Shown here: one piece after another, positions 52,602 to 64,000 of the stretch | How the letters are laid out: each line of letters begins with the position of its first letter | How positions within the stretch are numbered: position 1 is the stretch's first letter | Assembly: GCA_951406725.2 (NCBI GenBank) | Contig: OX597825.1 | Span: 7,254,001-7,318,000, forward strand | Direction of reading: 5' to 3' | From: Octopus vulgaris | Lineage: Eukaryota | DNA: 64,000 nucleotides | Program-made: the position numbers and the translations under genes | Notes under the pieces: generated by a model | The model's database searches: none | What the model saw: the letters and a program-made list of their open reading frames with translations, nothing else | What the model was told of the DNA's origin: nothing

Positions 52602-53127
52602 CTGCAAGTGACAAACTCAAGGCCTGCGGGCCACATCCTGCCCGATGCATAATTATATCCGGCTCGTGGGAGAATTTTCGGCAAATATTTTTTAATGGCC
52701 CGGCAGTATGAATTGCAAACCACATATTTCCCAATATAGCAGCCTTGTCGCACGAAAGGCAGCCTGGGAGTATTCCCTCGTCGATCAGATCAAGTTAAAA
52801 TGGAAGTTGTGTTGTGCGTGGGTGGTCGTCATTACAGTAACTTAGCAACGTCCTGCCGCTCGTTTTGGATTGGCGCATAAGAGATGAAAATAGTGTAGTG
52901 CTCCGGTATTGCATCACTCCTTCCCGCTTATGTCATATCAATCAAGCATCTATTGGTGGTAGATACACAGTCTTAATTTCAAATCAAAGCTAGCCGTTAA
53001 AATGGCCAAGAGGAAAGTTGATTATGAAAACAGAACCTTTCAAAGCCGCTGGGAGGCTCAATATATGTTTACCGATATTGGCGGTAAACCTGTGTGTCTA
53101 ATTTGTGGAGATAATGTGGTTGTTTTG
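52602..53127 (+). mobile_element. hAT DNA transposon 5' end
   Basis: GTGACAAACTCAAGGCCTGCGGGCCACATCCTGCCCG with further GGCCCG-like subterminal motifs typical of hAT-Charlie ends, followed by the transposase start. Confidence 0.8.
53002..53127 (+). pseudogene. Truncated hAT (Charlie/Buster, GTF2IRD2-like) transposase N-terminus
   Basis: MAKRKVDYENRTFQSRWEAQYMFTDIGGKPVCLICGDNVVVL shows the KRK.D.E.R.F...W...Y.F......P.CLIC start of a BED-type zinc finger. A SINE B fragment cuts it before the His ligands. Confidence 0.85.
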
Positions 53128-53807
53128 GGGTTGATAAAATGAGTACCAATTGAGTACTGGAGTCGATATAATCGACCTAAGCCCTCCCCTGATCATGACA
53201 CAATTCGAAACCATTATTAAATGTGTTATTAATACATCCTGGTGTTTTAGGCAACTAAAGTTAAATGACTTTGAATCCAAAGAATGTTTAGTGTAAAAGA
53301 TCAGCGTAGAGTGTAAGTATGTTCTTTATTTTCTCAATTATTATATTTCGCAGCTAAAATTACAAGTTATAGAATTATTAGAATGAGGAAATTTCTAAAT
53401 TTGATTTTTGCTTTGTGTAGGTGTGAGTGTGCGGGAATTTTGTTGAATAGATCTTCGAGAGCATCTGCAAGGCTACATTAATCACCACTAACGCACTACA
53501 CATAATTAGCAGAATCTTCTATATTATCATTAGGGCCCCTTTTACTTGCAACTAACAACGAGCTCTGCCCATCCCAATTCGTTGGCAACAAACCAACCCT
53601 TAGACCTCTTGCCAAATTAAAGTTACATTACTAATTTCAAAAAAGTAGTGACTTTTAGAAATCCGTGAGCTCGTTCGTGCTCATGGTTTCTAATAATTAT
53701 TTCGATTACAAAAAAGAAAATGAAAAGAAAAAAAAAAGGAATTGTGAAGTGACAGAAAGTGTCACGTGATTGTTTAGTTATATTTCTCACCGTTTTTTTT
53801 TTTTGCA

Positions 53808-54381
53808 TTCAAATCCTGCCAGAGTAGATTTTACCTTTCGTTTTTTTTAGGATCAATGAAATAGCATCTATAGCCCCGCCGCCTCAGCAAATTTATGGCC
53901 TTCTGCCAATGTACGAAATCGTTATTTTTACTAGGCTAAATAATGGTTTCAAAATTTGGCACTAAGCCAGCAACTTCGATGGGTGGTGGGTGTGTGGGAG
54001 GTTTAAGTCAATTACATCGATCTTAGTGCTTAACTAGTATTTATTTTATCGACCTTGAAAGGGTGACAGGCAAAGTCAACCTCGGCGGAACTTGAACTCA
54101 AAGCGTACAGACAGACGAAATGCTGTTAAGCATTCTGTCTGCTAGCCGCCTTTACAAGGCTACATATCCTTTCTACTACAGACACGAGGCCTGAAATGTT
54201 TGGGGTGGGGGTTAAAGTCGATTGCATTGACCCCGGTACTCAACTGGTACTTATTTCATCGATCGCGAAAGCATGAAAGGCAAAGTCGATGTTGACGGAA
54301 TTTGAAACCTGGGCGTAAAGACGGACGAAATGCCGCTAAGCGTTCTGCCCGGCGTGCTAACGATTCTGCCAGCTCGCCGCT
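53808..54381. mobile_element. Cluster of three SINE family B copies (one +, two -)
   Basis: Core motifs near 53.83 kb (+), 54.07 kb (-) and 54.28 kb (-). Confidence 0.8.
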
Positions 54382-54724
54382 TTATACCTCGCTAAATATT
54401 GCAGGATATCTTACTGTTGTGGTTTCCATGTTTTTACCAACCTACGACACTTCTTAATTGAACTCAATCATATAAATTTAACCTTTTATTAATTCTCATT
54501 AATTCCCAGTAATTTTATTAATTTCTTATCCTTATGTGAAATCACCAACCCCATGCAATGAAATCATAATTGCTCTACAGTATCTTATTTAATGTTCTTA
54601 TATCGTTCTCAGTGCCTCAGTCGAAACATACTATAATAAAAGTTTTCTGTGAAAATATTCTCCAAAAACTAAAAGCCCTTCATCAACCTTAACATTCCTT
54701 GATGTAACTCTGTGTAAAATTCCG

Positions 54725-54900
54725 AAGATTGTGGCGTCATATGAATTTATTCCAAGGATTGTGCAGTGTTAAAAGCAACAGCAAGCAAGTAGTTGAAATA
54801 TAGAAGGAAGAAAGGGAGTCTTAGAACCGATCCCTGGGGCACCCTGGAGCTGTTACAGTGAGAAACAGAAAGAGCTCCCTCAACACATGCGGTGATAGGG
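54725..54900 (-). mobile_element. Old non-LTR retrotransposon RT remnant (Jockey/CR1 group)
   Basis: Minus strand translates SSRVPQGSVLRLPFFLLYFNYLL (GVPQGSVL.P.LF.LY.ND motif), followed by a decayed YADD-like segment. Confidence 0.65.
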
Positions 54901-56537
54901 TCAACTCTCGATCCAAGATATGAGAAATGAGTGCTGCTAATAGTCGAATAATTTCGATAAGAGTTTGGTAAGAGTACAATCTATCACTATTTCACGCTGT
55001 TTTAGGGGGTGCTGTTTGGCATAAATTTTAAGAATTATATATCGTGGCCTTCGTTTTAAGAATGACGGAAATTTGCTGAAGATTTCGCTTTTAGATTGAC
55101 CAATTCAAACGATTATATAGAAAACACCTATTTGTTAATGCCATTCCCTTTCTAAAGCAGTAAAGAGATTTGGGAGCAGTTTCGGTCAATTCATTGAATC
55201 ACGAAATAACCGCAGTAAAGTCGCCAATTTGTTTTGATGTCATTCTCCTTTAAAAGATGGATAGCTGGGCTCTGTTGGTGATCATTTAGCCGTTATATTG
55301 AGCAACTGGCACATAGAACCACTATCAATGCTTTCGTGTAGCACCAATTATAAAATCGATATTTGAGCACGATTTAGCTGAATTATTGAACTCGAATTGG
55401 TTGCAGGTAGTGGAAATTGATTTTTCGGATTAGCTGGGGTGATATTATTAAAGTATTTTGGAGGAAATTGATGCTGATATTACAGAAACGGTGTGGAATT
55501 TGCCGGCAGAGTTGACGTAATTTATGACATTTTAGGATTTCAATGGAGATGGGATAATACGGGGGTGGTATTCTGTGTTTAAATGAGGGACCTTTGCATA
55601 TATGTCAAGTATATAATAATGTAAGGGGGGGGGAGAGATTTGGGGCGGTAATCGGGGTTAGTGGTGGTGAAGGTGATTATGGTGTGATTTGGGAAGAAAC
55701 TGGTTGTGGTGTTGGGGCTGGAAGTGGTTTTGATTGCATGAAAAGGGGCTGCATGAAAATAGATATTTTATCTGTACGGCACACAGCAATGCGATAAACA
55801 AGATTAGTTGCTTGACCATTCCAGATCAGAGGTGTCCATCAACAACTGATCAGCCGTATTAGATTCAAAGAGAGAGAAATGCAAAATAGGATTTGTTACA
55901 TTCATGCCTTTCCGAATTGTATTAGCAACGTAAACGAAGAGGAATGGCTTCAAACGGTTATAGACACGGTTCATTAACCCCACTTTACTCCCAGATTATC
56001 TTTTGCAATAAACGCGACCTTCACGCATAAACACAATCACACACACAACTCACACACATGCAACCCTTACAGACACATACATACTTAAACACACGCATAT
56101 ACCTGCTCGCGGTCAATCACCCACATGTAGACACACACCCACAAACACACCTACAAAATAGACAAGCTCGCTCGATGATATTCACTAAGAACACCGAAGT
56201 AGGGATCACTGATTACGAACCGTTCCGACATGTGTTGATATTCTTACCAGTTCCAACATCTGGTCGGTGTACGGCAGAATTCTTCAGCTTCGTTTTGTTA
56301 ATGAGGTATCTTGGAGGCGGTTCATGTTCGACATTCAGCAGCAGCAACGGCAGTAGGGATTAATTACTCGAAAATCTCGCAATATTTTAATTAGATTGTA
56401 CTTCGGGATGTCGAATCTGAAATGAACTCGCCACCGTTTATAGAAGCGATGTATTCATAACATTCATTTGGAGGTGTGGTTGTAAAATGGTACAGATACT
56501 GCGTGTGTATGCCAGCCTATTTGTGTATATATATGTG

Positions 56538-56600
<63 letters not shown>

Positions 56601-56741
56601 ATATATATATATATATATATGTACGTGTATGTATGTAAGCATACATGTAAGTATATGTGTGTATATAACCATTATATATAATGTATATGTTACATACATA
56701 CGTGTACACACATGTGTATAAGTAAGAATGTTTAAGCATAT

Positions 56742-57131
56742 AGGCGCAGGCGTGGCTGTGTGGTAAGAAGCTTGCTTCCCAACTACATGGTTCCCGGTTC
56801 AGTCCCACTGCGTGGCACATTGGGGAAATGTCTGCTTCTACAGCCTCTGGCCGACCAAAGCCTTGTGAGTGGACTTGTGGGATGGAAACTGAAAGAAGCT
56901 CGTCATATATATATAGCTCGCCAAAAGTAGGTTTACAGTTATTCCACTATCTCTTTCGAATTTATATATTAGCGGTTTAGATCTTAACTATAAAAAAAAT
57001 ATGAAACAATTATTCTATGCTAATTTAGTTAATTTTGTCAAGTTCCCTTTTCAGTTTGTAAGATGCAAATTTAAATGTAATAAAATGTTTTAAAAGAAAT
57101 TTAAAGGGCCTACGTGATAACTGTAAACCTA

Positions 57132-57167
<36 letters not shown>

Positions 57168-57195
57168 GGTTTTTTAATTTAATCCATTAAAAACG

Positions 57196-57262
<67 letters not shown>

Positions 57263-57645
57263 ATATATATATATGTGTGTGAATGTGTGTGTTTGTCCAC
57301 CAAATACCACCACCACCACAACTACCACCACTACCACCACCGCTTGACAACCAATTTTCGTTGTTTTGCCAGAACTGGATGTTTGGCATCTTTTCTCGGC
57401 AATAAGTTCGTTTATCTTATGGAATAATGCTCTGTGTTGTGGAGATCCTCAGTGTGAAGACTCCGGTATGATGACAACCAGTGTTGGTGTATTAAAGTCC
57501 CCGTAACCTAGTGGTTCGGCAAAAGAGACCGATAGAATAAATACCAAGCTTACAAATAAATCTACTGGGATCGATTCGTTCGATTAAAAGTTCTTCAAGA
57601 CGGTGCCCCAGCATGGTCGCAGTCTAATAACTCAGACAATTAAGA
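56742..57645 (+). mobile_element. SINE family A interrupted by nested insertions
   Basis: Head 56742-56905, middle ~57245-57353, tail 57472-57645. Confidence 0.85.
56923..57136. mobile_element. Tc1/mariner-like MITE in (TA)n
   Basis: Perfect 20-bp inverted repeat AAAAGTAGGTTTACAGTTAT (56923-56942) / ATAACTGTAAACCTACTTTT (57117-57136). Confidence 0.75.
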
Positions 57646-58027
57646 GAAATACAAATAATCTTTTATCCGCTTTTACGTATTTCAGTCACTAGAATTCGGG
57701 CCCCTCTGGAGCACCATCTTGTAGGGCTTAAGCGAACGCATCGAATCCAGTACGTTTTTTTCGAAGTCTGGTATTTCTTTCATCTCTCTCTTTTGCTGAA
57801 ACTATTCATTAATGAGAACGTAACCAAAAGGTGCCCCAGCATGGCCGCAGATTGAAACAAGTAAAAGATAAAAGTAATAGATAAAATAGCTTCGATTGTC
57901 AAGCAATAACGGGTGGATATACTGAAAGCCAGACACACAGACATATTCGCGCACACATATTTATAAACGAAGGACTCCTACACAGTTTCTCTCTTGCATT
58001 TTCTTTCTTTTTCTTCTTTTTCTTTTT

Positions 58028-58424
58028 TTTTACTTGTTTCAGTCACTTTGACTGCGGCCATGCTGGAGCACCGCCTTTAATCGAGCAACTCGACCCTGGC
58101 ACTTATTCATTGTAAGCCCAGTACTTATTCTATCAGTCTCTTTTGCCGAACCGCTAAGTGACGGGGACATAAACACACCAGCATCGGTTGTCAAGCAATG
58201 CTAGGGGGACAAACACAGACACACAAACATACACGCACATACATATATATATATACATTTATACAACGGGCTTCTTTCAGTTTCCGTCCACCAAATCCAC
58301 TCACAAGGCTTTGGTCGGCCCAAGGCTATAGTAGAAGACACTTGCCCAAGGTGTCACGCAGTGAGACTGAACCCGGAACCATGTGGTTGGTAAACAAGCT
58401 TACCACACAGCCACTCCTGCGCCT
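58028..58424 (-). mobile_element. SINE family A, full length
   Basis: Colinear with the other copies; many CpGs retained. Confidence 0.92.
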
Positions 58425-59799
58425 ACTCACTAACAAGGCATTAATCAGCCGAGGGCTATAATAGCAGACGCTTGTCCAAGGTGGCACATCGTGACACTGA
58501 GACGGAACTATGTGTTTGGGGAAGCATAGTTCTGAACCGAACTGCCATGCCTACGCGCACACACACAGACATATTCCTCTACATACATATGTATATATAC
58601 ACATCCATATGTATATATACACATCCATATGTATATATATACATATCCGTATAAATATATACACACATATATACACATATCCATATGTATATACATACAT
58701 ATACACATATCCATATGTATATACATATACACATCCATATATCTATATGTATATACATATACACATCCATATATCCATATGTTTATACATATACACATCC
58801 ATATATTTATATACATCCACACATATATATGTAATATTTATAAGATTTATATACTTAATAGTTATAAGGTATATATGATATAATATTTGTAAAAGATAGT
58901 GTGTGTGTGTGTGAGAGAGAGAGAGAGACAGAGAGAGGAGAAAGAGAGAGAGAACAGTATATATGAAATTGGCCTTAAGAGAATTACAAGAATATTCAAA
59001 TAATTGCACGGTCGGAAGTCATCACCCAATTAATACAAGACATATCGACTCTTCATGTTTAACACATTGATTACTTTGTTAAGGTGCACTCGATCAGTGA
59101 TCGATACACACACACACACATACACACACACAGATATATATATATATATATACACACAAATATATATACAGATGGCAAAGCACTAACAAACTAATGAACG
59201 AAACGGTGCTCAATAATAATGGTTAATTTAGACGAGTGAAACGATTGCCGACGGCTGCTTGTAGTTTCGTTACGTGAAAAGAAAAGAAAAATAAAGAAAG
59301 AAAAAAATAAAGAAAGAAAAAGCACGCAGGTCATCGGTTTGTGCTTTGGGATTAAAACTCAAAACGAAATCAGACAGTGTCAACTTAAAGACAGCAGAAA
59401 CCTGACTTTGATTCTGCTGTGCCACAATATTTAGTTATAATATAAAAAGAATTTTCTATACTTGTCACAGAAATGAGTTTCTGTGTACTCTTGGGAGAAA
59501 GAAGAGAAAAACCTGCACCTGAAGACTATGTGTATAGGAACGGAGATATAACAGGAAAGAAATATCATCCCCAATGCTGAATGAAATAGAGAGGAAATTG
59601 ATAGTAGGAATGGAAAAACTGAGGGAGTCGGTTGTGGTATTAACTCTATTTCTCCTTTATGCAAAGCTAGTAAATTTAATCTCAGTTCACATGAAGAAAC
59701 GAAATTTAAGCCTATTGTGAAAATATTTGTTGTAGGATCCTCTTATCAAATGGATGATTTTTGCAAAGGTAAAATATAGCATGAACGCAGCTGTAAATG

Positions 59800-59916
59800 G
59801 AATTTGCCTCATGGAAAACTAAATATTGAAAGTATCCAGAATTTGCCTCATGGAAAAGTAAATATTGAAAGTATCCAGAATTTGGCTCATGGAAAACTAA
59901 ATATTGACAGTATCCA
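59800..59916. repeat. 39-bp minisatellite x3
   Basis: GAATTTGCCTCATGGAAAACTAAATATTGAAAGTATCCA units starting at 59800, 59839 and 59878. Confidence 0.92.
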
Positions 59917-60027
59917 GTAGGATTCTAAACAGAAGAGAGAGCACTCCTTTCTTGTAACACCAAGGAATTGAAGGTTCCAGCTTAAATTCCTCTTCCGGAC
60001 GCATACTAAATTCAAAGAACTAGATAC

Positions 60028-60433
60028 CTATTTCTTTACTACCCACAAGGGGCTAAACAGGGAGGACAAACAAGGACAGACAAAGTCGATTATATCGACC
60101 CTAGTGCATCACTGGTACTTAATTTATCGACCCCGGCAGGATGAAAGGCAAAGTCGAGCTCGGCGGAATTTGAAATCAGAACGTAACGGCAGACGGAATA
60201 CTTATTTCTTTACTACCCACAAGGGGCTAAACACAGAGAGGACAAACAAGGACAGACAAAGGGATTAAGTCGATTATATCGACCCTAGTTCGTAACTGGT
60301 ACTTAATTTATCGACCCCGAATGGATGAAAGGCAAAGTCGAACTCGGCGGAATTTGAACTTAGAACGTAACGGCAAACGAAATACTGCTAAGCATTTCGC
60401 CCGCCTTGTTGACATTTATGACAGTTCGCCACC
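60028..60433 (-). mobile_element. SINE family B with tandemly repeated core+tail
   Basis: On the minus strand a full unit (60203-60433) is followed by a head-less unit (60028-60202). Confidence 0.9.
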
Positions 60434-60989
60434 TTTCACCAGAAACATATTCGGATAATTAATGGTTTTATTCTTTTACTATAGAGACTTATATGAAACG
60501 AACTTATCAACTTAAACATATTTCTTTCGCCTTGGTATGAGTTTTATGGGAGGTACAGTCGGAGGAAATGCCACTTGAACAGCCGAACAATTATTTTGGT
60601 CTGTTTCGGAACACTATGTTTCCTTGATGGACTATTTAAAATTTTTCGAGGTAGCTTGGTAATTTTTATTTCTATTTTTTTTTTGGTATATGGAAATTGC
60701 GAGAAGATAAATGTCTTGCTTAATTTTGGCAAAAACTACAAGAAGTGATATATTGTTAATTGCTCATAAAATTTCTTGACGTCTGTGTTTACAATTGTGT
60801 ATGATGGTTATTAAAATATTTCTTGTATAACTACAATAAAATTTTCTTGACGTCTTTGTTATAATTGTGCATGACAGTCTGAGAAGTCGGAAGAAATGCT
60901 GGAATCAATTGCTATTATGATTCATTGTTAGCCGTGTTGTTTGGAAACGGTTATAGTGGCTGAAGGTGTGTTTGTTTTGTATGTACACA

Positions 60990-60990
60990 G

Positions 60991-61031
<41 letters not shown>

Positions 61032-61047
61032 CATATATATACACATG

Positions 61048-61081
<34 letters not shown>

Positions 61082-61159
61082 TACATATATATATACACAC
61101 GTATATACACACACACACACACACATACATATATAACACACACACACACACATATATAT

Positions 61160-61196
<37 letters not shown>

Positions 61197-61557
61197 CACA
61201 TACATATGTATATACACACATACATACACATATACATATATATATACACATACATATATATATATACATATACATACACGCATATATATACACGCATACA
61301 CTCATATATATACACATACACACACATATATATACACATACATACACACATATATACACGTATATACACACATATATACACATATACACGCATATACACA
61401 TACATATATACACATATACATATATACATATGCACATATATATTTATATACATATGTACATATATATTTATGTACATATGTACTTATATATGCAAATGTA
61501 CATATATACATATACATATGTATATATATAAATGTACATATATGTATGTATGCATGA

Positions 61558-61622
<65 letters not shown>
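60990..61622. repeat. (TA)/(CA) compound microsatellite
   Basis: Seen directly. Confidence 0.95.
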
Positions 61623-61624
<2 letters not shown>

Positions 61625-61890
61625 TGTATGAAGAGGAAATCGGATTTTGAGTTATTCAGAACCAATTAGTATAGGGTGTTCTTTAACGTAATATAACATG
61701 ATGGTCAAACACACATAATTAAAAAATATTTCTTATTGGTGTGTCAATAAATCGTTATCCGTTTTCCGTACTGCCTCACATTGCAGTCTATATTAAACGT
61801 TTCAACGCTATCTTGATAAACGGTTCAAAAACTATTTAGCGTTTTCTTAGATTTTGTGAATGCGCGTGGAAAACGTTGCCAATATATATA

Positions 61891-62283
61891 TCTCTATATA
61901 TAAAGCTGAAGTTGTCTGTGTATGGCAGGTTTGGTAGCCTTCAACTAACACTTATCTCCTCCGAGACCCTGCGGTGCAAGTTGATCAAAATTGAGAGTAT
62001 GATAGAGGAAGGCTTGCTCTTCCTTCCGTAGAAGAAAAAATTCAAATTGGACCATGTTAACACCAAAAATTATTTACAACAAAAAGGTGCTTTTTTTTCT
62101 ATGAAAATCCCAATTTTTTTACGATCTTTTGACTGCTGTGTCGCCATTTTTCGGTGTATTTCAACCAGAAAAATGATCAGTTAAAAAGAATAACAAGCTA
62201 CATAATGCAAAAGTTTTACTTTTCAAAAATTCCAATTCTAAAGGGTCGAAACAATTCCGAGCAACACCGGGCGATACTGCTAG
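61891..62283 (+). mobile_element. Non-autonomous Helitron-like element
   Basis: Starts A|TCTCTATATATAAAGC, has a decayed hairpin CCGAGCAACACCGGG and ends GCTAG|T. No TSD. Confidence 0.75.
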
Positions 62284-63105
62284 TTATTTTAAAAGACTTT
62301 AGAGAAAAGCAGCTCGTATTATGTATCTAGTCGTTGTAGTCACCCTTCTCCAACACCTCTCCTCGATTTTTCCTTTACTGCAATTATTTTTCAATGTGTC
62401 ACAGCAAACAATGTCCAAAAGCTCGTACACTATCTAATCAAAAATTGCTTATTATTTTCTAGTTGCTTGTATGTATTTATATATTTATTTACAATTTTGA
62501 ATTTGTGTATTTATATTTACTAAGTTTTTGTTCTAGGTATCACTATCGTTCGAAGATCGGAAACGAAAAGCTTGCAATAACAATTTGTAAAAAAAATTTC
62601 ATCTTTCAATACCTATAAATAAATCCACATTCTATATTGACTAACTGTATTCGTTTTCTTGCTCATATTCTCCCCCATCTCTTGTCTCTCTCTCCACCCC
62701 CCTCTCTCCCCACACTCACACATAAGATTAAGGATGATATCTTTTATTCTGAACCTGTCGTCATGGCATCCGATTGTTGATCGTGAGTTGAATCAGTTCT
62801 TTCAAATTCAAAATCTTGCCCATATTTTATCAATTCAAGTTCCTTAAAGAAATTCAAAAGATTACAACGGACGTTTCAAGACAAAAAATTAGTACTTCCA
62901 TCCATGGCTTCTGCACCTACTCACCCCGATTCTTTCTTATATTCCAACCAAATTCTCTTCCTCTCTCAGTCTCAGACCCAACAGTAACGTTTCCTTTCTG
63001 CTATTGATTATTCAGATCAGTTCGTCATCTTAACAATTGTTCTTTCCAAGACTCTTTTAAGTGTAAAAAATAAATTGGTATTTCTATATAATGTTACATA
63101 GTTTA

Positions 63106-63152
<47 letters not shown>

Positions 63153-63367
63153 ATGTGGGTGTATTCTAGTTATAGGTATGATATATGGGTATAGATCTCC
63201 AGAAGAATTATGGGAATAGGAAAAAGTGTTTGCAGCACGTAAGGTATTGCACTTTATGACTAAAAAAAAAAAGAAAGAAAACTTAGTTTATTCCAAACGT
63301 ATTAAGGTCTTTGTTATTTTTTGGTATCCATAGATATATGAATAGTTTTACACAGTACACACATAAT

Positions 63368-63407
<40 letters not shown>

Positions 63408-63561
63408 GCGGACAAACACACACATCATACACAAGAATACAAGTAGCTATGACGAAGCCGTAGTAATTGCTATCTCGAAGTATTTTAGTTTGCACATTCA
63501 CACATACATCATATCTGTGTGTGTGCGCGCGCGCGTGTGTGTGTGTGTGCGCGCGCGCGCG

Positions 63562-63596
<35 letters not shown>

Positions 63597-63683
63597 GTAA
63601 ATATATATATATATATATATATATTTACACACACAGAAATATGTCTCTTTTATATATATACATATATATGCCAATGAAAAGTA

Positions 63684-63765
<82 letters not shown>

Positions 63766-63782
63766 TATATACATGCACACAC

Positions 63783-63818
<36 letters not shown>

Positions 63819-64000
63819 TTTACACACAGAAATATGTCTGCCCTACATATATATATACAAATATACACACACACATACATACATCAGTATACATATGCCA
63901 CTCATGTGCATTATATAACGTAATGTAATGTAGATATATACGTATATCTCATATACTTGAAATTACATTATACACATCAAAACATCTCTGTATCTATGTA

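Noticed and set aside
59800-59916. CRISPR-like repeat
   Set aside because: The units are contiguous with no spacers, there are no cas genes, and the context is eukaryotic.

Overview
This is an AT-rich, microsatellite-saturated animal genomic window, most likely intronic or intergenic. The repeat landscape and the 5S sequence point to a coleoid cephalopod, probably Octopus (inference). I recognise no intact host protein-coding gene, and nearly all ORFs in the track are translated microsatellites. Supported content: many tRNA-derived SINE copies of at least four kinds, a 5'-clipped 5S rRNA copy fused to a SINE 3' half, two decayed LINE RT remnants, and a hAT transposon 5' end with a 42-aa transposase N-terminus. 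There are also two non-autonomous Helitron-like elements, piggyBac-, hAT- and mariner-type MITEs, and ~200-bp modules in (TA)n that carry type I hammerhead ribozyme motifs. Most worth following up: the 5S-SINE chimera, the hammerhead cluster at 40.6-41.6 kb, the 64-85 bp direct repeats flanking a Helitron and a SINE, a tail-to-body SINE junction seen at two loci, and a CpG-density transition near 39 kb. Repeat boundaries were read by eye and are approximate unless a TSD or TIR is quoted.
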